From positions 768,001 through 832,000 of the forward strand of contig CAWEQH010000010.1 in assembly GCA_963811165.1 (NCBI GenBank): DNA of 64,000 nt, read 5' to 3'. Numbering within the stretch: position 1 is the stretch's first letter; the number at the start of each line of letters is the position of its first letter. The notes beneath the pieces are model-generated. The model was not told the origin of the DNA. It did not search any database and saw only the letters and a list, made by a program, of their open reading frames with translations. Positions 62,289-64,000 of this stretch are shown here, piece after piece. This DNA is from an uncultured Nitrospiraceae bacterium. Lineage in GTDB: Bacteria; Nitrospirota; Thermodesulfovibrionia; Thermodesulfovibrionales; UBA6898. Position numbers and translations under genes: made by a program.

Positions 62289-62464
62289 AGATACGATGTC
62301 CGGTATGTAAGGAACTGACTACGTGGGAAGAAAACCGTTTCAGACCCTTCTGTTCGGAAAGGTGCAAACTTATCGATCTCGGCGCGTGGGCATCTGAGGA
62401 TTACAAAATCCCCGGCAAAAAAGAAGAGGAAGAAGACGAGGAGCAAAAAGAGGAAGACGCATGA
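62285..62464 (+). CDS. yacG: DNA gyrase inhibitor YacG (59 aa, absent from the ORF track)
   Basis: [44 protein letters not shown] plus acidic tail. ATGA overlap with the previous gene. Confidence 0.93.
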   Translation: MKIRCPVCKELTTWEENRFRPFCSERCKLIDLGAWASEDYKIPGKKEEEEDEEQKEEDA

Positions 62465-62976
62465 CCTCCCTTCCGTTATCTCACCCGCAATAATCAGCAG
62501 TTGCGCCGACAGCTCTTGTCGACAAAATTACCGGCTTTACCTTTCATATGGAAGTCCTCTATCCGAGCTTGTAGGCGGGATTGAAAAGTGCACCGACTAA
62601 CCAACGCCGCGGCCTTCTCAGCGACAGTGTTGATTTCCAAAATAACATGTCACAACTGGCTTGCGATGTACGGATCGTAATCTTCGTTGGCCGGTTCACT
62701 TGAGAAAACTCATGTACAGCCATAAGTGTTGTTATTTCGCGTGGGCCGATGGTTCTCAATTACGGGATGAAGATTTCGCTCTGAGAACATTTGTTTCTCC
62801 ACCAACAAAACAGATTAGAGATTCAAGGGTGTTTGGAAACTGCTAAGTTACCGCAACACATCACAACATTCTTTCTGCAACAACAATTCATTTGCAATGG
62901 CATATAAATTCAACTAACATGTGATTAGGGGGTATAAAGAGAGCATAAATCATGGTTTCATGAATGGGGAGATTAG

Positions 62977-64000
62977 ATGTTAATCCAGGAAGACTATTTC
63001 AAGAACATTTTTAACACAGTTCGTGAAGCTATTCTCATACTGGATGAAAACATGAGAGTTCTGTCGGCCAATCGCAGTTTCTTCACTATTTTCAAAGTAG
63101 ATTCCGCAAATACTATCGGCTCTCTTTTATACGATCTTGGAAACGGACAATGGAACATCCCGGAACTTCGCGTGCTGCTTGAGGATATTCTTCCGAAGAA
63201 CGACACCGTTGATGACTACGAAATTGAACATAAATTTGAGAGCATCGGACAGAAAACCATGCTCCTTAACGCCTGCAAAATCAGAGAAAAGAAAAACGAC
63301 CTGCCGATAATCCTTCTCGCCATCGAGGACATTACCGAGCGCAAGGAGATAGAAAAGGGGCTGGAAAAAGCCCGTAAAGAACTGGAAGTAACTAAAATAT
63401 CCGAAGATGAAGCCCGCGAATACGCCGAGAGCATCATCAACACCGTGCGTGAACCCTTAATCGCTCTGGATCAAGATTTAAGGGTGGTCACCGCCAGCCG
63501 CTCCTTCTATGAAGTCTTCAAGGTAAAACCTGAAGAGACCGTGGGACAGCTTATCTATGACCTGGGCAATAAACAGTGGGATATCCCCAAGCTGCGGGAA
63601 CTGCTGGAAACCATCCTTCCCCAAAAGACAACCTTTGATAACTATGAGGTTGAACACGATTTTGCCACCATTGGCAGGCGCATAATGCTTCTGAATGCCC
63701 GGCAGATTAAAAGAGCGCTGGGAAAAGAGCGGATCATCCTCCTTGCCATCGAGGACATTACCGAGCGCAAGCGACTGGAAGACTTGTTAACAGAGTCTGA
63801 AGAGCGCTACAGGCGTATTTTTGAGACCGCAAGCGACGGGATAGTGCTTCTCGAAAAACGCGAAGGGAATATAACCCATGCTAATCCGGCCGCCGAGAAA
63901 ATGTTGGGTTATTCCGAAGAGGAGTGCATCGGGAAAAAGCTTCAGGATATCGGTGTATCGCTCGATATGAGTGATTTCCCAACGATAATGCAGGCTTTGA
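62977..64000 (+). CDS. Multi-PAS sensor protein (3'-truncated by window edge)
   Basis: GGGGAG SD, frame open to the end of the window. Two similar PAS units (TVRE..YDLGN.QW.IP.LR.LLE.ILP..ILLAIEDITERK) and the start of a third. Confidence 0.88.
   Translation, partial: MLIQEDYFKNIFNTVREAILILDENMRVLSANRSFFTIFKVDSANTIGSLLYDLGNGQWNIPELRVLLEDILPKNDTVDDYEIEHKFESIGQKTMLLNACKIREKKNDLPIILLAIEDITERKEIEKGLEKARKELEVTKISEDEAREYAESIINTVREPLIALDQDLRVVTASRSFYEVFKVKPEETVGQLIYDLGNKQWDIPKLRELLETILPQKTTFDNYEVEHDFATIGRRIMLLNARQIKRALGKERIILLAIEDITERKRLEDLLTESEERYRRIFETASDGIVLLEKREGNITHANPAAEKMLGYSEEECIGKKLQDIGVSLDMSDFPTIMQAL

Noticed and set aside
62470..62930. Intergenic stretch with short ORFs before the terminal PAS gene
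   Set aside because: No recognisable protein, RNA or repeat signature.

Overview
A 64 kb bacterial window, probably from an anaerobe. Gene style suggests Nitrospirota/Thermodesulfovibrionia or a deltaproteobacterium, but that is inference only. The housekeeping backbone is a decarboxylase-speE-lgt cluster, CIRCE-hrcA-grpE-dnaK-dnaJ-rsmE, panB, folD, folE, aroF, nifJ, csp, ubiX/ubiA, uvrA-apbE-NusGII-Gx-yacG. Three accessory segments interrupt it. (1) An AraC/oxidoreductase stress island at ~3.3-8.6 kb, with two frameshifted genes and a REP-like element. (2) A ~17 kb signalling island at ~12.4-29.2 kb: 7-PAS kinase, NarL-type regulator, cheX-cheW-soluble MCP-cheR-cheA-cheB-cheY-cheY, PAS-GGDEF-EAL, a 4-PAS protein and a two-CW protein. 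(3) An RHH-PIN toxin-antitoxin pair next to an IS3-family element. Main result: two genes that the ORF track splits at an in-frame TGA look like selenoproteins. One is a secreted DUF1573 (S-U-G-C)/diheme cytochrome c fusion (57052-57744, -). The other, more surprising, is a four-PAS sensory protein with UGA at a PAS position often held by Cys (26977-28764, +). Both UGAs are followed by hairpins of nearly identical geometry: a 7-bp upper stem starting at +15, a loop starting at +22 with GU at +23/+24, a 3' bulge, and a lower stem ending at +44. This is consistent with a shared SECIS. Caveats: the Sec machinery (selA/B/C/D) is not in this window, and an in-frame TAA upstream of the PAS gene leaves pseudogenisation possible. 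No rRNA, tRNA or CRISPR array was recognised.
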